A stretch of 64,000 nt of DNA, from the NCBI GenBank assembly GCA_002269645.1, contig NIVC01000186.1:1-64000 (forward strand), in the 5' to 3' direction. The notes below the pieces were generated by a model, which saw only the letters and a program-made list of their open reading frames with translations, was not told the origin of the DNA and searched no databases. This stretch comes from Macrostomum lignano (lineage: Eukaryota). Positions 39,574 through 64,000 of the stretch are shown here, piece by piece (position 1 is the stretch's first letter; each line of letters opens with the position of its first letter). Made by a program: the position numbers and the translations under genes.

Positions 39574-40876
39574 ATGAGCACAAATACGGCCACCAGTACT
39601 ATTGAGCCACCAATGGCGGAGTTAGCAAACAATGCAACTGCAGACGAGCCCTCAGTGGAGTTTCTTGTAGTCAGACCATTCACTTTGCTTCTGAATCTGT
39701 TGGGCACCGCATTGTGCTCCACTGCTGTCGGCGTGTTCCACAAGAAGTACCAGCTGACTCGAGATGCGTTCGAGTTCGGCCTGCTGCTGTTGCAGTGGCT
39801 GCAAGTCATTTACTGCGGCATCGCCACCATCTTTGTAGCCATGGACCTGTTGATCTGCCTCACCGAACTGAGCGACCATCCGGCACTGCTGCACTCTTTC
39901 ACGGTAAGATGAAGATTCCTGTTGCCCTACATGACGAGGAGGAACCAGATTTTTTTGTACTTTTTAAAACACCTAGGTCTTCTACTCGCTGACCTGCGCC
40001 GCTCTGATCCTGAAGAACCTGTGGACCCTGTGCGTGTCCTGCTTCCGTTCCGCGGCCACCATCCGGCCGTTGGCTTTCCGCACTTTCCTGACCGTCCGCT
40101 TTCAGCTAGTCGTGTTCGGCCTCCTGCTGGCTCTGTCAGTCGGCTGCGGCCTGTTCTCTCTGGCCTGCAGCTACGCTGTGCCCGAGGCCGATCGTGAGCG
40201 AGTGCAGATCAACTACATGCTGCCTCTCATCCGCATCACGCAGTCCTACATACCCGTGTTCGGCATCCTGGCCACTTCGCTAGTCCTGGCCACCTACCTG
40301 TTGCTGTACAGGCGTCGCGCTCGACAGCTGAACATGGTCACTGCGGCTGGACGGCGCAGCTTCCAGCGACAGTCGGCTCGTGCCACCTGCATCGTACTCT
40401 GCCTGTCGCTGTCATTCACAGCCTTTGAAGCTCCTGGCGCCGTTGTCAGCCTGATGAAAAACCTTAGCAAATCGCAGATCAGCGTCTTTTACATGCTCAG
40501 CGACATGCTGATCAGTCTGGACAGCAACTTCAACTTCTTGGTCTTTGTGACTCTCAGTAGCAACTTCCGTGCCGCCCTGCTCTGCTCACTGAGGCAGTGC
40601 TGCTACTGCTGCTTCAGAGCTAGAGGCGGTGGCAGAGCTTCCCTGAGAGGCGCCTCGACTAACCACCATTTATACTCTTCGGTGGCGGCCTCGAGCCCTA
40701 GACAACGCGGCGAGTTCTTTGGCGCCCCGACAGCTGCCGCTACCACGGGCGCCACGGTGTCTGGCGAAGACGAGGAGATAGTTGAGCTGGCCTCGTGGCG
40801 CATTGTCGGTCGAAGAATGCAGTGTCGCATTAGAAAACTTATAGGGAAAGATAAATGCGGAATAAATTTACGATAG
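39574..40876 (+). CDS. Divergent rhodopsin-like (class A) 7TM GPCR, peptide/chemoreceptor-like orphan
   Basis: Exon 39574-39903, a 73-nt phase-0 intron (GTAAGA..CCTAG), then exon 39977-40876. Seven hydrophobic segments; N-terminal N-glyc sequons; TM3 end CFRSAATIRPL; TM5 SYIP; TM6 FEAPG; TM7/H8 DSNFNFLVF..SSNFR; C-terminal Cys cluster CCYCC. Confidence 0.85.
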
Positions 40877-42884
40877 CTGTTGTACCTTACTATTCAGTAG
40901 ATAGCAGTTGTAGTGTTTGAGTACGGATTGTCATCGTGATAGCGGGAGAATCGCGACGCTTTAAACTCTTTTAAATATTTATGCTTCTCTGTCGTGAAAT
41001 CCCCTCTAGTGTAGTGTTGACTTTTAGACAATGTTAAAAATATTATCGTTGCTTGCATTGGGTGAGAGTGTCTCTTCAGAGTGTTTGTTATTTCTTTTGG
41101 CTGAATTTTGTCGTCAATGTTTTGTGTTGTGTCCGTTTTAGTAGCCTGACAATACCAATCGTATTTGTCTCTCTAATGCCTGGTGCATGCCAAGCTCATT
41201 AGCAGGTAAAATCTGTGACGACTCTTTCCCAAATTAAAGTTGTTTTTCGTCGTGTCAGTTTTTTTCCAGCAAAATCATTCTCAGCAAAAGCAAAAACACT
41301 TTCAATAGTTTTACACATCTGAAATTTATGTTATAGTCGGACTTCAAGTGCAAGTTCGGAAATTTCGGTTATTCAATGCTTCTTTCTCTGTTTGTTATTG
41401 TTGAATGGTATTAATTTGATGTAACTTCGTACTTATTGGCAATTTCTATCCATGACCAGCACGAGAGAGCAATCGATGGACACACTCTAAACGTCCCTGC
41501 TGCGGCTGTGCAGTCCTGTCTCAGTCCTGTCTCAGGTCTCAGTCCTGTCGTCCAGAGACCTGATGAGGCGGGCTCGCGTTCCAACCAGACGCCAGAAGTT
41601 GGTCTAAGCCAGGAGTATTCCCTGGTCTAAGCCATTGCCTGAGGCGATCAGAAAGAAATCTGACTCTCCTGCATCAGCCCCCACCAGGCCGGGTGCGCCG
41701 TGGCCAGGGACAAACCGTTACTCTGTTAAAAACTTTTCACGCTGACGTGCCAACCCGTCTGTATTGCAAATACGTGCGTAGTTATACATTTATTCGTCAC
41801 AAATAAATAATTAAAGTCAAATGTAGGTCAGTTTTTGTTTAGCTAACAAACTGGGTGGAAAATAAGTCTTCAAAAAGTTCAGATTTTCATTTTAACTGAT
41901 GCAATGAAGCTAAATATGAATTTGACTATTCTCAGTACTGCTAGTCAGTTTGTGCTCAAAATTGAGACTTCTGTGAATTCCAAAAGAGCTATTAGTGATA
42001 AATAATTGAAAGCATGACAGAGATAGGAGATACTTACGTACGTACCTGCACCATGTACGCTCGTAGTTGTACTAGTTTTTACAACCCATGAAGTTACGCA
42101 ATGACCATTCAATGGTCTTTCTATCAATTTAACCACAATTCTATGGTCGAAACGGTAAGATGCCTTGCTCCTAAGAACCAGGAGTACTAGATCCTCGAGT
42201 TCTCTATGGAGCAATTTTCTTACTTCAGACTGGACTCAGAAAGCCGAGCTAATTTTTTTTCGATTTGTGCTTAAAATCATGTGACTCCCGAGGATTGGAG
42301 TTTAAAAAAACAGGGAAAAAAATTAATTATATTTTTGTTGAGAAAAGCTGAATTCCTCTTCGTGTAAGTGGATTTCGTTGAAATAAGAACTGAGGCCTGA
42401 CAGTTCACTCTTCAGATTTCTAGATTCAGAATTCTGGGTCAGACTGTCCTCAGCCGGGCCTCGTAATCCGCCTCGGGCTGACAGGAAAAATTTATTAGCC
42501 CAGAGCCGGACCTGGGCGACAGCTCGCGCATCCGGTCACGCCTCGCGAGCAGAACTGATTGGTGGAAGAATTGTTCTCAATGCAAATGATTGTATTTGTC
42601 TGACGCTTGTATTTAGCTCGTATTCATTCGATAATTAGCGTCAATTTGGTGCCAGATTTTTAAACACAACAACAATGAAGAAAGCAACGACAATAAAAAT
42701 ACCGGAACAAATATAATGGCTACTATGCATTATTACATACAAAAGATTCCTACATTGAAATTGAAAACAGCTTTTTCGTACATGATCTACATGTACAACA
42801 TTACATATGGATAAGAAAAGATACATATTAATCTAAAGTAGCTGACATGTGTACAAAACGTTATTGGTTAATGAAGGTAATACG

Positions 42885-43239
42885 AGGGGGGCCGTAGCCC
42901 AGCGGTAGCGCAGCTGCTCTGGTGTGCCGTGACCCAGGCTCGATTCCAAGTGCAGCCACATTAATTTGGGGCTGAATTGGAATTTCGGCTTGGCTCGCTT
43001 GTGCAATTAACGGCCTTGAGAGCCAACCCCCCAAGGCGCAGTGAAGTGTACATGCCTAACGATAATATAAAGTTAGGGCCGCTGTACACTCCTGTGTGAG
43101 TGTGTGCCTGCGTAACGTATCCGCGCGCTTGTATGCCTGCTCAGGGGAGTCGGCGGAATGGGCAGTAATGCCTCTCGCCGGTTGTGTGCCAATGACGCTT
43201 AAATTGCGCCAGGGTGCACACAACCCCCTGCCTCTAATA
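42885..43239 (+). mobile_element. Full-length tRNA-derived SINE (family A) with 12-bp target-site duplication
   Basis: GAAGGTAATACG at 42873-42884 and 43240-43251. The head is GGGGCCGTAGCCCAGCGGTAG (A box) .. GGCTCGATTCC (B box-like), and the body is shared with 11010 and 63425. Confidence 0.88.
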
Positions 43240-44248
43240 GAAGGTAATACGCTCATGTGTTCTCTCATAGGCTGGGACACACCTTAACTATTTCTTAGTT
43301 TACACATTGACAAATTGTGTAGCTATTTATTATGCTGTCTGTATATTTTGTCTGTGCATGCAGTCTTTGTGTATGCTTCCTCATGCAGTGCATTTTTAAA
43401 CAAATTTCGTTTTGAAACGCTGAATTTCCATATTTGAATCATCTTGGTAACAATAATATTGTCTGAGCGCCACGTGCAGACAGAAAAAAGAGCCAAGTAG
43501 TATGATGAGCTTTCGGCAATGAAATTCACTTCAACTTACATTCTTACAACCTGAACACATTGTAGGATTTGAATAAATATTTGTATATTTCTTTAATTTT
43601 TAAAATTTAAGATATGAGTAGGCAGTATCGGATGTTTAGTTTATTTCTCGCGTGCACCCGCAAACAGCCATTACACTAAATTTTTTAAACTGTTTTAAAC
43701 TTCACACTAAGCTAGCTGTATAGCTGGGCATGATCACATGCCGAAAAGTACATTTTTGAGACGCTTACTGCAATAATAATAGTAGTGTACACAGCAGCAC
43801 AGAGCGATCTATGTAAAAACCAGACATTAAACGGGATCCGTTGGATCGAAGGGCACAAACTATCGAGCAAAGGTCAGGCAGCAAGACTTTTCAGTTCTTT
43901 CCGTACAGCCTCAAACCAGCCTCTGATTGAAGGCGTACAAACTTCATCTGCTAGTTGGAAGCAGAGTTTCTGAGAGTTTATGCAGAATTTTGAGAATCAA
44001 GAGTTGCACCGTCATGCTTAGTAGCGCGTCTTGTAGTGGAAGCGAGGATTAAGCGATAACAATGCATAAACTATAATTTGTGTAAGCTTTACTAAATGGA
44101 ACAATATGTTAGAAACAGCATTAGAATCGCGCGTCCTACATGCAATGAAGTCAGTGGAAGAGACGCAGCTCGGATGCGGCACAAATCAAAATTTTGCCCC
44201 ATCCTCTGCAATGCATTTCAACCGTCAGGTTTTTCGGTTGTCGCTGCT

Positions 44249-51190
<6,942 letters not shown>

Positions 51191-53199
51191 CTCTGCGAAG
51201 TCGGGCAGGTGGGGCGCTTTCTCTTCCGGCCTCTGCTTGGGGCAATAATTCTTTTAGAGAGGCAGCCCGAGCGAGTCCCAGCTGCTTTTGTTGGACGGAA
51301 GTCTTAGGGCTCGGCTCGGCTCGGCTCTTCGTTCACTCACTATTTCTCTCTTCTACCGCTTTCTCGCTGCAATGCGACCCGCTTGAGCACACAATCTCTC
51401 TCAGTCCAACACGCCCCAGCTTTATTAGGACACCCAACCAGTCGTAGAAGAAGACTCTCGAACTCCAGGCTGAGTGTACTCGCTCTCCAATTTCATTCCC
51501 TGACTAACGCAGCGTCGAGTTTTGCAATACCCCCCGTGCACAACTGCTTGGGCCAATGGAAGCTCAGCTTATTATAGCGGGGGTCTCCCCACTCAAGCTA
51601 TGTTGCGAGCTGCTCTGAGACGTTCATCTAATTTGCTTTGGAGTAACCCACCTTTATTACTAAATTCCCATGAGATTATTCGAGGGTTAATATAAGTCTT
51701 ACTAGTTTTCGATACCAGAGGAACGGGCCGCATTGTACAAGTACTACTCACCTGTAGTACGGGTGTTTTCTGCTTCTGTATCTGCATGTAAACAGCTGCC
51801 AACTTAAAATTCACAGCTAGTGCCACAGAAGTTGAGCATGACTGGGGTGGTTTCTTTCAAACTGCTGCGTTTCTAAAATGCTTCTAATAGCCAATGCAGT
51901 GAATTTCTGGAGAGGAGTGCATTAGGGTTGCAATGCCAGGACAATGCCAGGAGTAGAGTGTGGCTGCGGCCGCGACGCAGCAGTCCTCAAGCACCAACCC
52001 CTGACACTGAGGTATTCCGTCCACGCGTACTCCGTCTGTCCATGGCGGGGTGGCGCACGACCAGGTCAGGCCAGTAACCGCGGGTTTGTTTTCTTTAAGT
52101 TTAGACAGCCATTTTCAATTGAGTTCTTGACTCGGCTGGTTAGTGCGCTTAATTATGAGGCTTAAGAATTTCAAGCAAGCAAGGTTCACAGTTTCAATGG
52201 TTCACGATATCTCGGTTCACTAACTCAGGTTCACACGTGTTCACACGTTCGTGGGTTTATTCATTAATAAATTTACACGTTCACACGTTCATGTGCTCAC
52301 TGGTTTGCTAGCCTGTAAGTAGTGGCTTTCTTGTAGAAGCCTAATAGCTGATATTTGCATATATTTATAGTTGTTGTACACAAAACGCAAAATACACAAG
52401 AAAAAGAGAAAAGCGACATCGCGCGGTGTTCGGAGTCAGTGCGCGAGCTCAGCTCTCTAATTAGTGTGCACATTGTTTTCAGCAAGCATTCGACCGGCCG
52501 AGAGTGATGGACTTGCCAGAGTCGATGCTCACGTCGCGAGCGCAGAACAAAGACCTGAAGTTTTTGAGCCGTGACGGCACTGGTTGTTTACGAACTTTCT
52601 ACGCTAGTGGATGAGAATACTACATGTAATTATAAAACTCATTCTATTTTAGGGAAAATGCTTGCCAACGAAAGCCCGAAGTACAGCTACGAACTCCCGC
52701 TTAGGTCCCTCCTTTCGACTCCCAAGGAAGTTTAGTATTAAGCTGACATATAATACTCATTTTATCCCCGTAAACGACCTGGAATAGTATGAAGATGTTA
52801 CTATTATCAGTAGCAAGTCACCCGCCATATCAACAGGTGGCTCCACCAACACCAGCTCCACTCGAACAGGTGCACTGACTACAGGCAGACCCGCTTTGCA
52901 ATGCCTAACCTGAACCACAGATACCAGAATAACCAGATGGGCCACTCAGCACATTTGCGTGCAAGCTACTTTCAGTTCAGTAGTAAGTTAAACAGTAGCA
53001 TTTTAATGTATTTTTAAAGATAAGGCTCATTTATTGGCTGTTACCCCCAATCTTAAACCCTCAAACTCCACACGGAACCTCTGCCTCTGCCCCGCCACCC
53101 AATTTTTATTACCTTCCTCGGTTGTTCCAACCTAAATCTGCCTTGTACATTTCAGTGGCCAATGGACATTACTGCTGAACCAATTAGCAAGCTGTTTAC

Positions 53200-53655
53200 G
53201 TCTGCAAGCTTGTGGGTTTCTGAACGTAGAAGTTTTGCTAAGTGTATATGCCTGAGTGGCCCATTTAGTTATTCTACTATCTGTGAACTGAACAGGAAAG
53301 TCTGTGAATATCTGATCTCACATAACAAAACCGACCTCTGAGAGATGTACATGGTCCTAAACGGCCATGGATTCTTTCAGAGACATCTCGTTGCAAACCG
53401 GTTGCCTTCCCACCTGTCCTTTCTGTGCCACGGGACAGCTTCACGTCACCTTCTGCCCTCAATTCAATAAGGCGCGACACAAACACCACCCCTAGCGGAT
53501 GGACGAGCTGACCACCCCCCCGGACAACATCCGTGACCTTCGCGCCTTCGTCGAGATACCCCCATGGCTTATTTTACCTTTGGTTGAGATAGGGGTCTCC
53601 TCGGCCTAATCGTGGCGCCTGCACCCACCGCCAGGAGTAAGTAAGTAAGTAAGTA
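53200..53655 (+). mobile_element. 5'-truncated, decayed non-LTR retrotransposon 3' end with (GTAA)n tail
   Basis: Translation across a stop and a frameshift gives [38 protein letters not shown], resembling the GHG + CCHC finger at the C-terminus of R1/LOA/I-group ORF2. It ends in AGTAAGTAAGTAAGTAAGTA at ~53636-53655. Confidence 0.65.
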
Positions 53656-53709
53656 CTACTTTCAGTAGCCTACTAGGGCAAAATACGGTAATTCCTCACC
53701 GCTTCTCCG

Positions 53710-56704
<2,995 letters not shown>

Positions 56705-57259
56705 GCTGAAATAGGTGAAATCGCACCTTGAAATAAAGTAGCCTAACTAAACTTAAAGGTAACTCAATACGTTTAGCGCGAACAATGGTCTCGCCGGAGA
56801 AGTGGCACTATTTGAAGAGAGCTTTATCAGGCTGGCACAGTGCGTGCCACCTGTATCTGTTCCCAGACTGGTAAAGCAGACAGTCAGATTGGGACAATAA
56901 ATTAAAATAAAAAATAGTGCTAACTTCCTTCTCCCGTGTTTCTATGGTGCGATTTGCAGGTGAACAAGTTGGGATTAAAATTGAGCAATTTCGCATTATC
57001 GCAACAATTAATTATGTGGACATATTGATTGTTGAATAGATTGCAAAACTGCACCGGGTCCCACGCAGTGATTGTCGCACGTGAGTCTAGAAAATCTTTT
57101 CTTATGCCTCCGAGAAAGAATTTCCCTGGCTTTTCAATGGTGCTGCAATGCGGTTGTATCTGTGGGACAATATTGATTCAACTGTATTGAGTTATGTGCT
57201 CAGGGCTAGCCATGGCCCTTTGCCAAACTTTTCTGCTTATTACGCAGCCTCTTAGTGTG

Positions 57260-58022
57260 CTCTATTCACCCTCTTCTATCCCATCTACACCCTCCTCTAT
57301 CCCAATTACAACCTTCTCTACCTCCCAGATCCTCAGTCGCTCCAATCTACACCCTCCTCTATCCCATTTACACCCTCCTATATCCAATCTACACCCTCCT
57401 CTATCCCAATTACAACCTTCTCTACCTCCCAGATCCTCAGTCGCTCCAATCTACACCCTCCTCTATCCCATTTACACCCTCCTATATCCAATCTACACCC
57501 TCATCTGCACCCTCCTCTATCCCATTTACACCCTCCTATATCCAATCTACACCCTCATCTACACCCTCCTATATCCAATCTACACCCTCCTCTATCCAAT
57601 CTACACCCTCATCTACACCCTCCTCTATCCCATTTACACCCTCCTATATCCAATCTACACCCTCCTATATCCAATCTACACCCTCCTCTATCCCATTTAC
57701 ACCCTCCTATATCCAATCTACACCCTCCTCTATCCCATTTACACCCTCCTATATCCAATATACACCCTCCTATTTCCAATCTACACCCTCCTCTATCCAA
57801 TTTACACCCTCCTATATCCAATCTACACCCTCCTCTATCCAATCTACAACCTCCTCTATCCCATTTACACCCTCCTATATCCAATATACACCCTCATCTA
57901 CACCCTCCTATATCCAATCTACACCCTCCTCTATCCAATCTACACCCTCCTCTATCCCATTTACACCCTCCTATATCCAATATACACCCTCCTATTTCCA
58001 ATCTACACCCTCCTCTATCCCC
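57260..58022. repeat. 21-bp minisatellite (ATCCAATCTACACCCTCCTCT) between lipase and bestrophin B
   Basis: Direct inspection. Confidence 0.94.
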
Positions 58023-58273
58023 CTCTCCGCATCTGTCCCCGTCCCCCTCGATTAGTTTCTCTCCGTACAAATGACTTCCTTCCCTCAGTCGGAGACGAGG
58101 GCGCACCTCAAGAATGCGGCCTATTGGAGACACGGCAGAATTATCCGTTAGCCAATGAGGCAGACCGAAAGCAGATGAATGCTAATAAAAACAGGATGAA
58201 GGTGCTTTGAAACAAGCTGGAATCAACAATTTACGAGCTAAAATTCAACTGCACTGTGAGAATCGACTAACAA

Positions 58274-61164
<2,891 letters not shown>

Positions 61165-61170
61165 GTGAGC

Positions 61171-61603
<433 letters not shown>

Positions 61604-62146
61604 CCAGCAGTGTTGCATGAACTAGCTAGATAGTCTGATATACTGTATCTATAACAATTTCATAGCAAATTGAACACATTCTTGGTGGAATCAAGTGGAA
61701 AAGTAAGTTTACACTTTGTTCCAACGAAATTATAAGTTCTATCTTTACTTTCCCTCAGTTCCTGTCTTTGCTTGTCTTCTGTATAAATAAAGATGTGTTA
61801 TATTCACTGAGGTCAAGCTAAATCCGGACACTGAAGAAGCTGATTTCAAAGTCGCAGCAGTTTCAACCGATCAACCGCTCTTACGAGAGCAAATGCTTGA
61901 CAAACTCTGCCAGTGAGAGCTCTGCGGCATGAGACAGGGACTGCCTCCTGTAGAGCTAGTATTGGGTACAGCCAATTCAAAGCCATTTAAGAATTTGCGC
62001 ACACTACCAATAGTAATATGTAATTCTTAAAAAACCTCTACCTCAATCCTAAACCCCTCAAATTTTACAAAAAGCCGCGACCCCTGGTCCGTGCGCAGCG
62101 CCACATTCATTTGGGGCTTGTGAGCACGAAAACTGTCTTTAGAAAT

Positions 62147-63402
62147 TAGGGATTGCAATCCCGGGATCCCGGACACTTTTTGGCCTGACGGAATCCCGAG
62201 ATTAGGGGCTCGGGATCCCGGGATTGGAAACTTTTTTTGATAAAGTGGGTGATATCCAGGAAATGTCAAAATGTTCGTATTGTAAATACATTACAAAAGT
62301 AACATTCGCGCGTCGTGATCATGAGTCGTGATCGTGACGTGACTCTCAATTCTCGAATCGTGATACAATACAAATTATACAATACATACAATACATGCGA
62401 GTCTCAAGCTTGTGTTGTGTTTGTGTATTTGACTACTTGCGTTACTTGTGTAACTTGTGAGGTTGTGTACCTTGTGTTATGTACATAAAAGCATTGAAAA
62501 ATGACTGGGAGATAATTTTGCATGCATACATTACAAGCTCGTAAGTTACAAGTGTAGAAAATAACAAAACAAGAAAAGAGACCATTGTATATTAGATAAT
62601 AGATACTCGGTAATGCTGTCAAGTCGAGAAATATAAAATGTATTACACACTATTACTGCTTTACACATTCGTGTTCTCGTTTTTTTAGTAAAATCAAATA
62701 GAAAAGTTATTGCTTTTAAAAAAACGTTTAAAAAAAGCGGGTTTTTCTGGCATTCTATCGGCAAAATATTTAAAATGTCAATCCCGGGATTGGGTCCGGG
62801 ATCCCGGGATTGAGTCATTGCTTCGTCCGGGATCCCGGGATTGAGTCATTAAGCTTCGTCCGGGATCCCGTGATTGAGTCATTAAGCTTCGTCCGGTATC
62901 CCGGGATTGAGTCATTAAGCTTCGTCCGGGATCCCAGGATTGAGTCATTAAGCTTCGTCCGGGATCCCGGGATTGAGTCATTAAGCTTCGTCCGGGATCC
63001 CGGGATTGAGTCATTAAGCTTCGTCCGGGATCCCGGGATTGAGTCATTAAGCTTCGTCCGGGATCCCAGGATTGAATCATTAAGCTTCGTCCGGGATCCC
63101 GGGATTGAGTCATTAAGCTTCGTTCGGGATCCCGGGATTGAGTCATTAAGTTTCGTCCGGGATCCCGGGATTGAGTCATTACGCTTCGTCCGGGATCCCG
63201 GGATTGAGTCATTAAGCTTCGTTCGGGATCCCGGGATTGAGTCATTAAGCTTCGTTCGGGATCCCGGGATTGAGCCATTAAGCTTCGTCCGGGATCCCAT
63301 GATTGAGTCATTAAGCTTCGTCCGGGATCCCGGGATTGAGTCATTAAGCTTCGTCTAAGGCTGTTCTAAGGATCGTAGAACAGCCGGGATTTGCAATCCC
63401 TA
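62147..63402. mobile_element. hAT-like non-autonomous DNA transposon carrying an internal 33-bp array
   Basis: The TIR TAGGGATTGCAATCCCGG (62147) mirrors CCGGGATTTGCAATCCCTA (63384-63402). About 17 copies of GATTGAGTCATTAAGCTTCGTCCGGGATCCCGG lie at ~62780-63355. There is no transposase and no clean TSD. Confidence 0.72.
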
Positions 63403-63580
63403 GTCATCATGCAATTCACACTCAGGAGGGCCAACCCCCAAGGCACAGAGACTGTACATGGCCTGGCGATTAGAAAGCCAGGACTGCTGCTGTACACCCT
63501 GTGTGAGCGCGTGTACGAGTGCGTGCCTGCGTACTACAGTATTGGCGCGCTTGTCAGGAGTCAGCGGAATGGGCAGAATG
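63403..63580 (+). mobile_element. 3' part of a SINE family A copy (5' part at ~62075-62125)
   Basis: GGAGGGCCAACCCCCAAGGC..TGTACATG..GATTAGAAAG..TGTACACCCTGTGTGAG..CAGGAGTCAGCGGAATGGGCAG. Confidence 0.8.
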
Positions 63581-64000
63581 GCTCAGCTCTGGATGAAGGC
63601 ATTATGCCAGAGTGCCCATAAATATTTTTAACCAGATGCTTATGAAGTACTAAGGGTTGTCTCGGGGTTGTCTCAAGGTGGTCCGGTAAGTCTTGAATCC
63701 CACCGCTGCCACCAATGTTGTACCTGTGCTTCTCCTGCTGTCTAGCACAGTGATTTGGGCTCTCCGTCTTCTCAATCGGAAGCCTTCTATTAGCTCTTAG
63801 TAGCGTAGGTAGTGCTGCCACCAGTTCCTTTAGGTCTCGGCCTCCGGTGAGGTGAGCTTCCCGTCGGAACGAAATAAACAAGTCAACGAACTCAGCACAG
63901 CGTACAGATTTGCAGATTAATGAACAAGGCGTCCTGGTCAGCAGATCTCGCCAGGCTCAGGGGGTGGCTGGGAAGGCAGTGTTAGCCTCCCTTAGGCTTG

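Noticed and set aside
41555-41600. Hammerhead ribozyme (CCTGATGAG-GCG GGCT CGC)
   Set aside because: Stem II could form, but the required GAAA does not follow (GTTCC).
42886-42960. Functional tRNA gene
   Set aside because: The B box is degenerate, no convincing cloverleaf forms, and it is embedded in a TSD-flanked element. The head at 12590-12660 is likewise a SINE.
52170-52600. hAT remnant (clustered GTTCAC motifs, weak hATC-like translation)
   Set aside because: The similarity is too weak and no paired TIRs were found, so it cannot be supported without a database search.

Overview
Eukaryotic (animal) genomic DNA, intron-rich and packed with micro/minisatellites. Composition and repeat types resemble a free-living flatworm such as Macrostomum (inference only). 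There is no prokaryotic or CRISPR content. Genes were assembled by hand from GT-AG phase-matched exons: a heavily frameshifted RING/B-box/B-box/coiled-coil TRIM gene (minus, ~300-1059); a ~19-exon voltage-gated Ca2+ channel alpha2delta subunit (minus, 3896 to >=21706); an M1 membrane aminopeptidase (minus, 33171-36366, one frameshift); a divergent class A GPCR (plus, 39574-40876); two divergently oriented bestrophin paralogs (minus 44249-51190; plus from 58274, running off the window); and a pancreatic-lipase-family gene between them (minus, 53710-56704). Mobile DNA includes tRNA-derived SINEs (one full-length with a 12-bp TSD), a Tc1/IS630 deletion derivative, a hAT-like non-autonomous element nested in a SINE, and a 5'-truncated LINE tail. 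The most notable observations are a tandem duplication of a frame-asymmetric alpha2delta exon, a Pro-rich furin-site insert in alpha2delta, a covarying hairpin shared by SINE copies, a duplicated branch-point/acceptor in a bestrophin intron, and a GPCR lacking DRY/NPxxY. Many single-base indels suggest an imperfectly polished assembly, which limits all of these. No clearly novel multi-gene system could be supported.
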